Shown piece by piece: positions 63,434 through 64,000 of a stretch of 64,000 bases of DNA. This DNA comes from Bacillota bacterium (GTDB lineage: Bacteria; Bacillota; Clostridia; Ch29), in contig JABVCK010000007.1 in NCBI GenBank assembly GCA_013540605.1, positions 27,231-91,230 on the forward strand, written 5' to 3'. A model generated the notes under the pieces. That model was not told the origin of the DNA and searched no databases. It was given only the letters and a program-made list of their open reading frames with translations. The position numbers and the translations under genes are program-made. Positions within the stretch are counted from its first letter, which is position 1. Each line of letters opens with the position of its first letter.

Positions 63434-64000
63434 TTAGATGATCGGCCTTATATCCTTTTGGGGAATGACATATTGACCCTTTTTGCACTTCATTAGCGCC
63501 CTTTCCAGCCTGCTGATCCCATCCAGAAGGACTTCTTCGCTATGCCGGGAAAAACAGAGCCTCAGTTCCTTATCCTCACCGGGGTTGGCATAAAATGCCT
63601 CCCCAGGGACAAAGGAGACCCCGGTTTTTAGCGCCTCCTGCAGCAACCTCTTTGACGGGATACCCTCATTGATCCGGCACCACAGGTAAAAGCCGCCCTC
63701 AGGATTGTTAAAGGAGAGCTTGTCGCCAAGGCTGCTGTTTATGGCTTCAACCATCGCATCCCTTCTCTTTTTGTAAATGCTCCGCATCTTCTCCAGGTGT
63801 TTTACCAGGTATCCGTTTTTAATGAACAAATCGACCAACCACTGGCTGATATTATTGCTGTGCAGGTCCACGTACTGTTTTTCCAGTACCACTCTGTTGA
63901 TCAATGACGGGTGGGCAACCATATATCCCAGCCTTAACCCCGGCATGAGGATTTTAGAGAAAGTGCTCAGGTATATGACCCCTCCATAATTATCCAGGGC
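63434..64000 (-). CDS. PLP-dependent aminotransferase-fold protein, C-terminal part (gene continues past window end)
   Basis: The frame is open to the window end: ...DNYGGVIYLSTFSKILMPGLRLGYMVAHP..., with the SKIL PLP-lysine motif. Could be a stand-alone aminotransferase or the effector domain of a MocR/GntR regulator. Confidence 0.75.
   Translation of the reverse strand, partial: ALDNYGGVIYLSTFSKILMPGLRLGYMVAHPSLINRVVLEKQYVDLHSNNISQWLVDLFIKNGYLVKHLEKMRSIYKKRRDAMVEAINSSLGDKLSFNNPEGGFYLWCRINEGIPSKRLLQEALKTGVSFVPGEAFYANPGEDKELRLCFSRHSEEVLLDGISRLERALMKCKKGQYVIPQKDIRPII

Overview
This is a chromosomal segment of a Firmicutes/Clostridia-type genome. That assignment is inferred only from gene content and signals: a DegV pair, DUF421/DUF4363, VanW, RecD2, a CBO0543-family protein, strong GGAGG-type RBSs and hairpin+T-run terminators. 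About 60 protein genes are supported, roughly four fifths on the minus strand. I saw no rRNA, tRNA or CRISPR array.

1-41.6 kb is mostly housekeeping:
- DegV x2, a Na/Pi symporter, trmL and a Fur-family regulator.
- A cobalamin lower-ligand/salvage block (cobU-cobO-cobS-cobC) fused into an operon with ogt and a DUF2225 gene.
- VanW, a long FtsA-like protein, nth, tdh-kbl, htrA, queG, fba and recD2.

41.7-64 kb is rich in regulators and efflux genes (MarR+2 ABC exporters, TetR x3, MarR+MATE) and also holds nadABC. It contains a decayed accessory patch at 56.5-61.7 kb with:
- Three paralogous genes that fuse a Phd/YefM antitoxin-like N-domain to a Uma2 (PD-(D/E)xK) nuclease, each behind its own promoter with phased palindromic operators.
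- An internally deleted ISL3 remnant that cuts a SEC-C-motif gene.
- A SPASM-only radical-SAM fragment and a very acidic orphan protein.
- An ABC-ATPase ORF that ends in a foreign Fis-type HTH.

The most unusual signals are non-coding:
1. Five homologous intergenic arrays of strictly phased 7-nt units, all within 6-30 kb.
2. A family of GGGGACA...TGTCCCC hairpin elements and GTCCCC-containing tandem repeats.
3. A promoter-to-terminator unit at 9.5-9.7 kb that looks like a C-rich RsaE/RoxS-like sRNA.

All calls rest on reading the ORF track and the sequence by eye. No database search or computation was run.
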